Source of the DNA: Octopus sinensis | Taxonomy: Eukaryota | DNA length: 64,000 nucleotides | Direction of reading: 5' to 3' | Assembly: GCF_006345805.1 (NCBI RefSeq) | Contig: NC_042998.1 | Location: 176,142,001 to 176,206,000 of the forward strand | In this document: piece after piece, positions 1 to 13,004 of the stretch | Numbering within the stretch: position 1 is the first letter of the stretch | How the letters are laid out: every line of letters begins with the position of its first letter | Notes under the pieces: model-generated | Told to the model about the DNA's origin: nothing | What the model saw: only the letters and a program-made list of their open reading frames with translations | Databases searched by the model: none | Position numbers and translations under genes: made by a program

Positions 1-36
1 TTATGTATGTACGTACGTAATATAAATTATGTATGC

Positions 37-81
<45 letters not shown>

Positions 82-116
82 CATGTATAATATCTATATG
101 CATATCTATTTATGTG

Positions 117-147
<31 letters not shown>

Positions 148-252
148 AGTGTATGTGACCAAGACAGAGAATGGGTGCGTTAGGTGGACGCTTGCTGTAT
201 ACCACATGCGCGTGTGGGGCGATATGTATCTGCATGTGTGTGTGTGTGTGTG

Positions 253-283
<31 letters not shown>

Positions 284-486
284 TGTGCACGTGCTGCATT
301 GTACGCTCTAACTGAATATCCTTTAATTGAATAAAGGTATGCTCGAAAATTATTCAGTCATTCAGTTATTCATTCAGTCATTATTCAATTATCTATTCAT
401 TCATTGACTCATTCATTCCAACATTTAGTCATTTATTTATTCAATTATGTATTCATTCATTCACTCGTTGTTTCATTCATCAGCAA

Positions 487-523
<37 letters not shown>

Positions 524-851
524 GAAATAAAGAAATAAAAATATTAATCCCAGATCTGAACATACTATTTGTGGTACCTTTTAAAACGGTGGAACTTGTT
601 CAATTGTGTTTAATATCTTATTACCAAAGGAATTAGCCATAATTGATCCAGCAGAGTTCAGTATCTGTCACTCTCCACTATCTCTCACACTTATACACAC
701 ATCATCTCTCTAGCTCTCCCTCCTTCTCCCCCGCTCTCTCTCTCTCTCTCGCCGCATTCTCATTCTCGTTCCTTTCTCCATGATACATTCACTGCCACTT
801 AGAGTGCAATCGACCTTATGTTTTGACTGGTATTGCAATACTAATTAACAG

Positions 852-1213
852 TGAATCAGACCAGCTCTGAAAATCCTTTGACACATTGCGTTCAAATTGA
901 AAAGCAAAGTTTTGCCTCTGTTCGTTGCTCATTGAAGACGGGTTGTTTAAACATCTCTTCAGTCTTTACTCAACACCAACATTGTACCACCACCACGACT
1001 ACCACCACCTCAACAACTGCAAAAGCAACATTGTACAATATCAAAACCAATAAGGAGTTAAAACAGCAGCAGCAGCAGCAGCAGCCGTTCAAGAATTTGA
1101 ACCTGGAGATCTCCATTTCCAGCGACTTCGAGGGCCACCTCCTAGTGGTGTCGGGCGTCAACGAAGAGCCCTCAACTACAACAAGACGACCAAAGTTTTT
1201 TTCTTTTTTCAAG
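852..1213 (+). CDS. Possible host exon (poly-T / poly-Q low-complexity peptide) or 5'-UTR exon; unidentified
   Basis: Open frame from a weak acceptor (TAACAG|TG) to a weak donor (AAG|GTCTGT). CpG-retaining segment with CAG/CAA repeats and a GC box at about 1225. No recognisable domain. Confidence 0.25.
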
Positions 1214-1679
1214 GTCTGTGTTCTCCCGCCCCTAAGCCTTTGATCATCACCTAATCACCCTTACCCGTCTTGTTGCTTAACAACAACAACAACAACAACA
1301 GCAGCAGCAGCAGCAGTAGAGCCGGCTTCTTTCAAAGTTTAAAAAAAAAGAGGAACTATTTTCTTCTTCGCAATAATTTTGCAGTTACTTAATATTTATG
1401 CCAGTTAAATATTCATTTTTAAAATTACGGCTCATTCTTTGTTGTGTAGGATCATCTGTTTAATTCAACATTCTTTTTACAGTTAAGTTTGTGTTCCATA
1501 TAAATTTTGGAAAGCTCTTCATTAATTGTTTATGGAATTCTGTGACGCCATTTTCCACTCTTTCAACCCTTCTAACTCTTTATACATTCACACGTACATA
1601 CAGCTAACTAGTCAGAGATGCAAATAACCATACGTACACACTATCATCTGCTAGGGTGTGTATGTGCATGCACTTGCAT

Positions 1680-2980
1680 AGTATCTATATATATATGTGT
1701 GTGTGTGAGTATGTGTATGTGTGTGCATGCATGCATCTATGCATGTCTATGTATATATATGTGTGCATATATGTATGTATATGTATGTATATATATATAC
1801 ACACACACACATATATATATACACATATATACATACATACATATATATACACATACATACATACTCGTACACGCACCAACATACCTTCATGAACACACAC
1901 ATACGCGTGCGTGCACACAGACACACACACACAAACACACACACACATACGCACATTTATATATATATATAAAATACTTAAGTGCATAATATTTCTAAAA
2001 AATATAAATCAAACATACATACATACACTCACACACACACACACATATATTTATATTCAAAGATTTCACCTTTATTTTATTAAACATATCAAATACAAAC
2101 GAAGCAATAACAGTCTAGATATTGAGAACATTTGGCTAAACTACTTATTTTTGTGACTAATAAATCTAATAGGAATTAACATTAAAAAGCAACATTGATG
2201 AATAAATATCATTGTGTGCTTATATTTCTTTGCATATGTGTCTGTGAATCTTTTTTCTATGTATGTAACAATAACACTTCTGTGTAAACTTGTTTTCATG
2301 TCTTGTGAGTACCAAACACCACTAGAATAAGATATATAATTGGTCCAATATATATATATATATATTATATATGTTTATATATATATCACATATATCATAT
2401 ATATAATATACATATATACATATATATATATATATATTATATTAGATATATTTGTATATATTCACTACCTAAACACCCACACACATACACATCTGTATGT
2501 ATGTGTGTATACACACACCACACACACACACACCACACGCACCACACACACACACCACACACACACACGCATAAATACATATAAATGTATATACATAACA
2601 GAGATATAAATATATGTATGTATATATATATATACATATATATATATATTTATTTGCGCACACACGCACACAAACACAGAAACACACGAACACACACACA
2701 CACACACACACACGCATAAATACATATAAATGTATATACATAACAGAGATATAAATATATGTATGTATAGATGTATGATTATATTTACGCATATATATAT
2801 TTAATGTAATGTCTTCACAAATATATTTGTGTATGTCTATATTAACATATCTATGTGTACTTGTGCGTGTCCGTGTATGTGTGTGTGTTTGTGTGTACAC
2901 ATGTGCGTACTCATGTATATTTGCGTGTGTGTATATTTGTGTTTGTGTGTGTACGTGTGTCCACAAATATATCTACATGA
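1680..2980. repeat. Compound (TA)/(CA)/(TG) microsatellite field including a 144-bp tandem duplication (about 2560/2704)
   Basis: Direct reading; CGCATAAATACATATAAATGTATATACATAACAGAGATATAAATAT occurs twice. Confidence 0.9.
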
Positions 2981-4184
2981 CTAAAGTGATTTGAGTTTTG
3001 ATTATAGGTGGAAAAAAATAATCAATACTACTTTACTGTTTGACACAACAGATCAAAAGGTGACTTCTCAATAGACTCATAAAATGTAATCTTTTGAAGT
3101 TTTCTTGTCGTGAATATTACTAACTAATGAATACCAGCCATCATTAAAGAGCTTCAGTAACTTGCATATGTTTGATATGGCCCGACATATATGTGCACCA
3201 GGAAGTCCTCTACTTCCATTAATGACTCAGCTTTTTCGCACGTTCTTATGTTGGAACAATGAAAGAACCTCGTAGTAACTGTTATTTTTTTTTTCTGTTC
3301 ACTTTCGCCTTTATTGTATAGTACGTCTATTTCATATGTATAAAAGCCGACCAATTTATGACCGTAGAGATGATGGTATGAAGGCATATTTTTGAGAATT
3401 ACCATCAATCAGATGTTTAGAGTAAATGTTCTATTTTAATCCTCTAGACATTTTTAAACGACAGACGGTGCAAAAAAAATATATATATATGTGAAGAAAT
3501 AATAGTTGAGGTCATTTGGCATACTAACATAAACGTATTTTGGGATGCAATAATTTCTGTTTAGATCTACCGTAATAATTCAGTATTTTAGACATGTTAT
3601 TGCAAAAAATATATAAATATAAAGATACTCACCAAAAGCAATTTGATTTTAATTTTTAGAAATCTCTTTGAGAGTTTACTAAAATAGCCGACAATGTATT
3701 GTGAAAATAATGAATACAATTGCTTATTGTATCTGGGAAACCACTTATTCAGAGATAAAATAGAACCTGCTCCACAAATATGCATACAGTGACGCCCATC
3801 TTTCAATGGACGTATGAAATAGTTTTAACGCTCTATTATCTCAGAAACCACTGCACTGTGGATTCACTTTTTCCTATTGTCATAACAAATGGCAAACATT
3901 TGCAAAATATTGATACAATTCAAAATATACTCATTCTAATGATCCAACAGAGATTCCCGTACCAAAAATATCTTTGACGATTAACTTTGATGCGTTCTTT
4001 TTTCCTACGATTTACTTCAGCCATTTAATGCCTATGAAGCAGAAAGCATCAACAGCTTTTCTTCCCTGTTCTCGATTCTGAGCTGCTTTCTCTTCTCTTA
4101 GGGCTTGGTGGTAGTGAAGTGTTATAGTTGTTTCTGTAACCTAACATTTTGTTAGGCGGGGGTGTTGGCCCTATGAAAAACTTA

Positions 4185-4350
4185 TTTTACTTCTGGGAAG
4201 AGATGATCCATATTAATTTGGCCTCTATCCTCTGACCTGTCCAAAATAGGAGGCCCTACCAGAACTTGTGCTCCGTTAGTATAGTTCTAAAGGTCTAGTA
4301 CACAAGCCACCACATCGCAACTAGGACTGGGCTTGTAACGGGTGTTTTCC
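4185..4350. mobile_element. Short decayed RTE-like fragment
   Basis: GACCTGTCCAAAATAGGAGGCCCTACCAG...ATAGTTCTAAAGGTC...CACAAGCCACCACATCGCAA resembles a motif common in RTE-type repeats. Confidence 0.35.
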
Positions 4351-5017
4351 TTAAAACCCTTGTAGAACCTTGGCCAATCAAATAAAAAAATTTATTGCTT
4401 GAGTGGAGACAGTTCTAGGGATTTGTGAATGTGAGTGAATGTGCGCAAATATGTAGGTGTATTTGTGGATGTACTCTCGAGTCTCAAATAATGGGGATGG
4501 GTGGGATGGAATAAGCAGGTGGATTGGACATTACTTAAATTCCTATAAACGGGTGAGTTGGAATAAATTGGGGGTGAGTTGGGGTTGAAAAATCGGTAAT
4601 TGTGTAGTGTAAATGAATAAAATTTTAAAATTCTCTAGGTTGTCTCCCTTGATTTTGAAAAAACCATTTATTTACACTCGGGTGGGTTGCTTAAATTCAT
4701 ATAAGCGAATGGGTTGAAATAAATGGGGATGGGTGGGATTCAGTAACTGTATAGTGTATGTACGAAAATTAGGGGAAAAAAGCATCTTAAAGCACATATA
4801 ACGACACAACGCGGTAAAAGAAATTAATTAGAGACAAGTGAAATTAGCACATACGTGTGCTTCAAACGTTCACTTTAGTTAAGATATACATTTGGATAAT
4901 AAAAGTAAGACATTTGTTAATTATGGTAATTATGGGATTTTTTTTAAATACTGTGAGTCAAACAGATATTGATACAAGTAAAACGTCTTAAAAAGAAAGA
5001 AAAACAAAACACAACGA

Positions 5018-5391
5018 AGGCCCGAAATCTTTGGGGAGGGGTGCCAGTTGATTAGATTGACTTCAGGACGCAAACGGTACTTAATTTATCGACCCCGAAA
5101 AAAAAAAAGTCGACCTCGGCGGAATTTGAACGCAGAACATAATGACAGATGAAATATCTATTTCTATTTCTTTACTACCCACAAGGGACTAAACACAGAG
5201 AGGACAAACAAGGACAGACAAACGGATTAAGTCGATTATATCGACCCCAGTGCGTAACTGGTACTTATTTAATCGACCCCGAAAGGATGAAAGGCAAAGT
5301 CGACCCCGGTGGAATTTGAACTCAGAACGTAACGGCAGACGAAATACCGTTAAGCATTTCGCCCAGAGTGCTAACGATTCTGCCATCTCAC
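5018..5391 (-). mobile_element. tRNA-derived SINE family A (Meta-domain-like), 1.6 tandem copies
   Basis: Reverse complement of GGCGGCGAGCTGGCAGAATCGTTAGCAC...GAGTTCAAATTCC...GCCTTTCATCCTTTCGGGGTCGAT...AAGTACCAG. Confidence 0.85.
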
Positions 5392-5417
5392 TGTCTTACT
5401 GTGCAGTATTTATTATA

Positions 5418-5449
<32 letters not shown>

Positions 5450-8073
5450 ATATATATATATATATATATGTATATTATTTATGCGCTCTTTTCAAGCTTA
5501 GCCAGGCTCATGGGCCCGGTTTCCCGGTTTCTGTGGCGTATGTGTTCCCCCCAGCTGGAAGGGACGCAATTGAAAAGAGAGTAGCAAAAATGAACAATAT
5601 TATCAGAATGCATAATGGCAAACCATGAAGGTAAGATGGATGTGCTGTCGGAGAGAGAAAGGGGAAAGTGGTTAGTAGAACTATTTGGTGGGGGGTTAGA
5701 AATAACACCATTTCAGTATAGATACGACGAACTGCCGGCTGTTGTTTTTTTTTTACGATATAAAGCAGCATTTGTTGTAATTTTGTGTTAAGGAAAAGAT
5801 ACAAAACCGTAAAGTAAAACTGTAATTTAAAAAACAGTAAAATACTACCTACTTTGGTGGGTAGGAAAGCCATTTCATTCTCACACTAATTATATTCATA
5901 ATTCATCCGATATGTGTTTTCATGTACCCCAATGTATTGCTTTGTCAGTTCTTGTGCTGTTCCCTCTATGTTATGGTCATAGTGCCAAAATAAAGAAATG
6001 GGTGTTAGTTCGACTGTGTTGGTTAACCGTATTAGTTTGACGTGTGATGGTATCCACTTTCGAGTGGTACGGAGTGAGTTCTGTGTTAACATATATTAAT
6101 CTGCGATAAGTTATTTTAGATAACCACAACCAACTATTTATTTGTGTAATACTGCTTTACACCAGGCGTGTATGCTCATGTTATAACAAAAATATCTTCC
6201 ATATTTTTACTTATAGATTGCATTTGCAAATTGCAAGTCGCTGCTCGCTTTTTTTTTTTTTACCTGAAGAGTTAATCTTTTCGGGATTGCTGCGTAGACA
6301 TTTACTTGCATAAACAAGTGAATGGTATGGGAGATTGTCAGGAATTGAGTACTTTTTGAGATCATTTCCAACCCTAAGATTGTTTTACTCTTCCGTTTCG
6401 AAGAATTGATTAATGTATTTATATTTGCCGCTAGTTTATTTCAAATTCTACTTAAGTGGTGGCAAAACACAGTACTTAAACATTGGGCTAATCTTAAACA
6501 TTTCCCTCTGTTTTCTTCTGAGCTTGAACCTTTAATAATGTTCGCTGTTTCGATTGGTACGAAGAACATGCAGATATCTGTGAAGGAAATTTCCTGAATA
6601 AACCAGTCAAGTATTGCAAGTATTGCTACCAGTAGCAGTACTCCGAACTTATGTTACGTGTTTCTATAAAAAATAATAAAATCTGAGGAAACTAGTGACA
6701 TTCTGCTAGAGTTATATAATACAAATAATTCAAACAGTGATATAAGTTCAATGCCTGAAGAAGAAAAATTTGACGTTTCGGACGCCTGTTTCAGAGAGAT
6801 AGAGGAAGAAAATAAACACTCTACCAACTGCTGCAAATTTGCAGATGAAAAAATAATTGAGATTGAGGAGTAAATGGAGAGAGCAGAGGTAAAAAGCTAA
6901 TATGCAATTGTGTGAGTAGTGTGAGAGATGAACGATATGATAGGAAGTAAAATATAATCAAAACTATAGTCAAGTGATTGTCAGTTAAATGCTGACAAAC
7001 AAATGAGAGAAAGCTGGAGAAGGTAAGAAGGTAAAGAAGAGAAGATAACACAATTGCATACATACTCGAACATAGTATATAGGGTAGAGGAAATTGGCTG
7101 CCAAGAGTGATCAGAGTAATATATTTGCAGTACCAATCCTAGTACTGATATTTAGAATATTAAAATCCGAATGATCTTGACGTCAGTTAGAAACTTCCGC
7201 AGAAATATTAATATCAAAATCTAATTTTTACAAAGCGTTTCAAATGTCGTCGTATAGCTATTGATGAACTTCACGCTCTTTGACACTTCGTCACGATAAA
7301 ATCAGCCTGAACAGAAGTGATTTGGTGGAAAGCAAGGGATTGCTCATCTACAGCTCAGCCATATAAATTTCTACCGCATATTAGCAAATATCACTCATTC
7401 AGGAACTAACAACTGTTGTTCCATACTATTAAGGAACTAACCTTTTTCTCTGTGCATCTTTCTAGTGCTACTAGCCTAATTATTAATTCACCTCGTGCCT
7501 TCATAATCTATTTAATCCTTAAGTTGCACAAACCAGTCCATCATCTCTACCTGTAGTCATCCCACTGAACTACTCTCCAGTTAACATGATAAACTTATCT
7601 TCAGATATCAAGATTATCATCCTAACCCTCAATCGTATCAACTCTTTTTCCTTCTTTCATCCTTTTAATTCCTATTGACCGTGAAAGTAAAATCTTTGTA
7701 GAACGCAATTTCCAAAACAATGAACTCTTAATTCTTAAACGTTTGATTTCCACTTGTCATTTTGAATCTAATACTCCCCCCACCACCACCACCACCACTC
7801 CACTCCACTCGACTGAACTCGTTCTTTCACTCGTCTGTATCTCATTCAACAAGCTCTACGTACAAATTGCTACGCGGGGTAGGTTAGGTGCTAGATCGCC
7901 CAAACTTTACGTAGGCCATATTGAAGCGATGATGTTGCCTGGTTCTCAGATCCTTCCCCTGAGATCTACAATCGTTACAATAGCGTCTGCATCAGCAGAA
8001 CTGCATTTTCAAGAGAACCTCTGGTTTCACTAACAGATTCCAACCATCTTTGGGATTCACCTCTACTATTTGA

Positions 8074-8270
8074 ATGCGGCCTTGCTGGAGCACCGCCTTA
8101 AAGGGTTTTAGTCGAAGAAATCGACCTCAGAACTTATCATTTGCAAGCCTAGTACTTATCTTATTGGTCTCTTTTACCGAACCGCTAAGTTACGGGGTCA
8201 TAAACACACCAACATCGGTTGTCAAGTGATGGCGGGGGAGAGGGACAAACACAGTCACGTACACATAAAT
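8074..8270 (-). mobile_element. SINE family B, 3' half
   Basis: GCGGCCTTGCTGGAGCACCGCC..GAACCGCTAAGTTACGGGG..AAACACACC. Confidence 0.85.
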
Positions 8271-8289
8271 ACATACATACATATATGGT

Positions 8290-8845
8290 GGCTGTCCCCT
8301 CGTTATCGAGTATGGCCATTGCACGAAGCTTAATCAATGTTGTTATCGTGCAATGCCTGTGCAAGAAGTTTTTTTAAAGTGAGGAAAGGCTGTGCACTGA
8401 GTCAATCCCACTCAATAAGCAACAGCAGCTATAATTCGTAAAGAAGAACAAGTCAACATCATCGGTAACCACTGAGCCGCGGGTTTTATGTTGGAGTTAT
8501 CCCAGTTACCTGAGTTACCTTCTCCTAGAAGGATGCCCTAACAAAGGCTAGGAGTCCTTCACTCCCAATGGTTTAATCGCGCGATCGGGTATTCAGTTCG
8601 ATTATTTCTGTGTCTCCGCACATGATACAGCCTTAAGACATTTATTGGATGTCCGTTGACTCTCAAGAGTTCCTCCGCCCTTTGACGGGTTTTGTTTTTC
8701 ATCCTTCCGGTGTGACCAATAAACACCCTCCTCACCAAGCAAGCTTGGTGGGGTTGCCGGTTTAGTCGCCGACGACCCGACCATGCAATAGGTTGTACTG
8801 GGTTACATGTTACCAGTAGCACTCGAAAGTGACCTGACATTAACA
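8290..8845 (-). mobile_element. RTE-like LINE 5' region
   Basis: Minus strand contains GGCATCCTTCTAGGAGAAGGTAACTC, resembling the RTE 5'-UTR motif. Abuts a (TACA)n tract. Confidence 0.45.
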
Positions 8846-8971
8846 TACATACATACATACATACATACATACATACATACATACATACATACTTCCATCT
8901 CCTGAGCGCCTATTAATAATAATACTGTAATTGTTCCTGTTGTTGTTGTTTTTTTGTTTCCCTTTTGGATT

Positions 8972-9009
<38 letters not shown>

Positions 9010-9011
<2 letters not shown>

Positions 9012-9170
9012 CGCGCTTCTTTTAGTTTCGTTTACCAAATCCACTCACAAGGATTTGGTTGGCCCGAGGCTATAGTAGAAGACATTTGCCCAAGGTGCCC
9101 ACGCAGTGGGACTGAACCTGGAACCACGTGGCTGGGAAACAAGCTTCTTGCCACACAGTCACACCTGTGC
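9010..9170 (-). mobile_element. SINE family B, 5' half
   Basis: CCAAATCCACTCACAAGG..GCCCAAGGTGCC.ACGCAGTGGGACTGAACC. Confidence 0.85.
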
Positions 9171-9629
9171 CTATCTATAAGCCTATAACATCTTCTAATT
9201 ATACGTCTATACGTCTTAAAATTATTTCTTTACTAAGAAGATGCTGACTCTCCTGCATCCATTTGCCTCCTTCCTTCCCACTCACACTAAAACTGATACA
9301 CCATACTTGCTGTTTAACCTATTAATATTTTAATGTCTTGGATAATATTTTTTTGGCAACACGTGTTTTGTTCATTGCACCTTTGTACGAGAAGTTTCAA
9401 ACGTGCGCTATGCAAATTAGCTTTGGAATTGTGGCTAAGTTTTTGGTTTGTGTTTGATTTAAAGGCTCGTAACAATTTACATTATTAATTTCTGCAAAAA
9501 AGAAAAAAATTAATGTGATTTTCGTAATTAGCATGAAAAACTACATCAGTGTAGGAAATTTGAACAAAATTGGACTACAAGCGAACGAAAAGGCGAATGT
9601 GTGCGTGTATGAGTGTGTGTGTGTGTGTG

Positions 9630-9662
<33 letters not shown>

Positions 9663-9803
9663 TGTGTGTGTGTGTGTGTATGTGTATGTGTGTGTGTGTG
9701 TGTGCGTGTGTGTGTGCGCGTGTGCATACACTCACACATGCACACATATACGAACTGATATAATGTACATGTCCATACATACACAAATGTACACACGCAT
9801 ATA

Positions 9804-9845
<42 letters not shown>

Positions 9846-9880
9846 GAATTATATATATATACTTATATATATATATATAT

Positions 9881-9960
<80 letters not shown>

Positions 9961-9974
9961 CATACTTATATATA

Positions 9975-10007
<33 letters not shown>

Positions 10008-10010
10008 GTG

Positions 10011-10067
<57 letters not shown>

Positions 10068-12136
10068 CATAAGTGTATGTATGCGTGTGTGTGTGTACGA
10101 AGCCATACAAGATTTTCCGGTCAACGATCATAAACCACTCAATTACAAAACAGATATTTAAATACAATAATTGACACTTAGTTACTTTCGGTCCACTGGA
10201 TGCTTGTGAATGCCCACATGTGTGTGTGAGCGCGCGCGCGTGTGTGTGCGCGAGTGTGTGTGTGTGTGTGTGCTTGAGAGAGAGCAAGTATGCGTGTGTT
10301 AGAGCGCGCGTGCGTGTGTGTACGCCCGTGTCTGTAAGTTTGTGTACGTGTGTGTAAGCATATGTGTGTATGCTTCCTTATTTTACTTTTACCTTTTTCA
10401 TTCAATGGGCTGCGGTTTTCCTGCGACACCGCCTTGAAGGGCTTTACACTGTTATACATTTGTGTGCGTGTGCGTGCGTGCGCGTGTACATAGGTATGTG
10501 GGACTAATATATTTCTCTCTGTATTGTATAAATACCAATTATCAGATCGTATATGCATTTTCTATCACAGTTTCCCTTGTATGAGGGTCGCTATTATATT
10601 TCCTGGGAGAAAAAAATACTTAGTTTTAATGATTATAATTGCTACTGAGAAAGTGAACTGCAGGCGACCTAAATATCTTTGTTATATTTCAGAGTACTGG
10701 TGGGGTGATTATTTATCCAATATGTACCCACTAATTAATCGATGGGAGCGAGTTAAATAGCATCTTTATAACTTATGTAGATCAATAACTAATCAAGATC
10801 ACTAAATATAACCCAAGCTCAACAGAAGAGCGTAAAAAATAGAATCGATGAATATTTTTACAAATTGTTCTTTCTTTTTGAAATTGGCCTGAGATGATGA
10901 TAGTTATTCATTATAATGATAAATATCTTCCTTTTGTATCCAATTTATCATCATTTTGAATGAAACTGTTCTTTAACGAACACTCAGTAAATATACATTA
11001 TAAAACACCTTAAGAGAATCATCGTCTGCTATCCAACAGAGTAAACTCTCTCTTGAAAATGATTAATTTTAGAAAAAATCAATATCAATAAGTAGCTATA
11101 TAGATATTTCATTGTTTACTGGAACAGAACCTTTATTTAATATTCTGACACTCAACTTCTTTGTTAGAGTTCAAACTATTTTAAGCACTGTGTTTTAGTC
11201 TGTCCTACAAAGTTCAAGAATAAAATACTTATCAATATGGAAATAGACAGCTGTTACAAATATGATATCCACCAACTATTCAGTAATATTAATCATTCTT
11301 GATTTCATTGATTGTTAACAAAACCTTACAGGAAGATCTATTGGGACTATGTAACGTTCGCGTCTTTCCTAAAAGCATAAGGAGTATAAATGAAATGAAA
11401 TGAAGTGCTTTCAACTCGAAATGAAATTCTTGTTGCGTTCTATTCTGTCAGAAGAAAATTTTTTACTCCCCACTTCTCACCATTGTGCTAATAATAGTAA
11501 GAATGTCTTTCTTAAGTCCCTATTTCTTGCCTTAACAAGAAATATACCTTTTGTGAAGTAAGCAGAAAATGAGATGTGATTTATTAGTATACAACAAATC
11601 AGACATGGCTCTCTTGTTAGGAAGTTCGCTTGGCAACCACATGATTCCTGGTTCAATTCCACTGCATAGAACTTTAGGCAAATAACTTTCAATGGCTTCC
11701 AAATGAAATTTGGTTGACAGTGACTTTTTGAAGTTTATCGCATATCTATATTATAATGGAGAAAGTTGGGGGATGGTGGAGTATACGGGCACAAGCGATG
11801 TTGGGGAGAAATAATGACAAGAGGTTAAAAAGCCTCAGTGTTATAATGTTTATTATGTTTATTGCATGTTATTGTGTTTAAGAGGATTAACGCCCCAATT
11901 CTTAAATGAACTATTAGTCCAAAAACTGTGAAACTGAAGGAAGAGGTTCATTACCTCGTTTTGTATTTTCTGTGAAAAGAAGAACAGAATAATGTTTAAG
12001 AGAAGCAAAGGATCAGCGGGCATTTTTTGTCTTCTCCCTTTAATATCATCCTTATCATCATTCATCTCATCAATGTCTTTGTCTAGCCCGCAGGCTACTC
12101 TGTGTCATGCCTTTATGGCAAATTTTTTGAAATAAA

Positions 12137-12277
12137 GTAGCTTACTTACCAACCACATGGTTCCGGGTTCAGTCCCACTGCGTGGCATCTAGGGCAAGTG
12201 TCTTCTACTATAGCCTCGGGCCGACCAAACCCTTGCGAGTGGATTTAGTAGACGGAAACTGAAAGAAGCCCGACGTA

Positions 12278-12358
<81 letters not shown>

Positions 12359-12608
12359 GTGTGTGTGTGGTGTGTGTGTGTGTGTGTGGTGTATGTTTGT
12401 GTGTCTGTGTTTGTCCTACCAACATCGCTTGACAACCGATACTGGTGTGTTTACGTCCCCGTAACTTAGCGGTTCGGCAAAAAAGACCGATAGAATAAAT
12501 ACTAGGCTTACAAAGAATAAGTCCTGGGGTCTATTTGCTCGACTAAAGGCGGTGCTCCAGCATGGCCACAGTCAAATGACTGAAACAAGTAAAAGATTAT
12601 ATATATAT

Positions 12609-12645
<37 letters not shown>

Positions 12646-12852
12646 ATGTTTGTGTGTCTGTGTTTGTCCTACCAACATCGCTTGACAACCGATACTGGTG
12701 TGTTTACGTCCCCGTAACTTAGCGGTTCGGCAAAAAAGACCCATAGAATAAATACTAGGCTTACAAAGAATAAGTCCTGGGGTCTATTTGCTCGACTAAA
12801 GGCGGTGCTCCAGCATGGCCACAGTCAAATGACTGAAACAAGTAAAAGATTA
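12137..12852 (+). mobile_element. CORE-type SINE family B (OR2-like) with duplicated 3' half
   Basis: CCACATGGTTCCGGGTTCAGTCCCACTGCGTGGCATCTAGGGCAAGTGTCTTCT, an internal (TA)n(TG)n tract, and a 3' half repeated at a 253-bp period. Confidence 0.9.
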
Positions 12853-12853
12853 T

Positions 12854-12897
<44 letters not shown>

Positions 12898-13004
12898 AGT
12901 GTGTGTATTTATACATATATATATATTATATATATATATAATGTTTTTAAATGGATTATAAGCACCTTCCACGCAGCAATTGTTATATATTATTTTATAT
13001 TATA

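Noticed and set aside
4490-4760. G-run repeats (GGGGATGGGTGGGAT twice) as a G-quadruplex
   Set aside because: Only three G3 tracts per cluster; looks like a decayed internal repeat.
6670-6873. Acidic open frame resembling a piggyBac transposase N-terminus
   Set aside because: Compositional resemblance only; no catalytic domain or convincing TIRs found.
8755-8845. HDV-like ribozyme at the RTE-like 5' end (GGTAACATG...CTAAACCGG, minus strand)
   Set aside because: The motifs resemble RTE-associated HDV-like ribozymes, but I could not build consistent P1/P3/L3 pairings. It would need a consensus plus a descriptor search.
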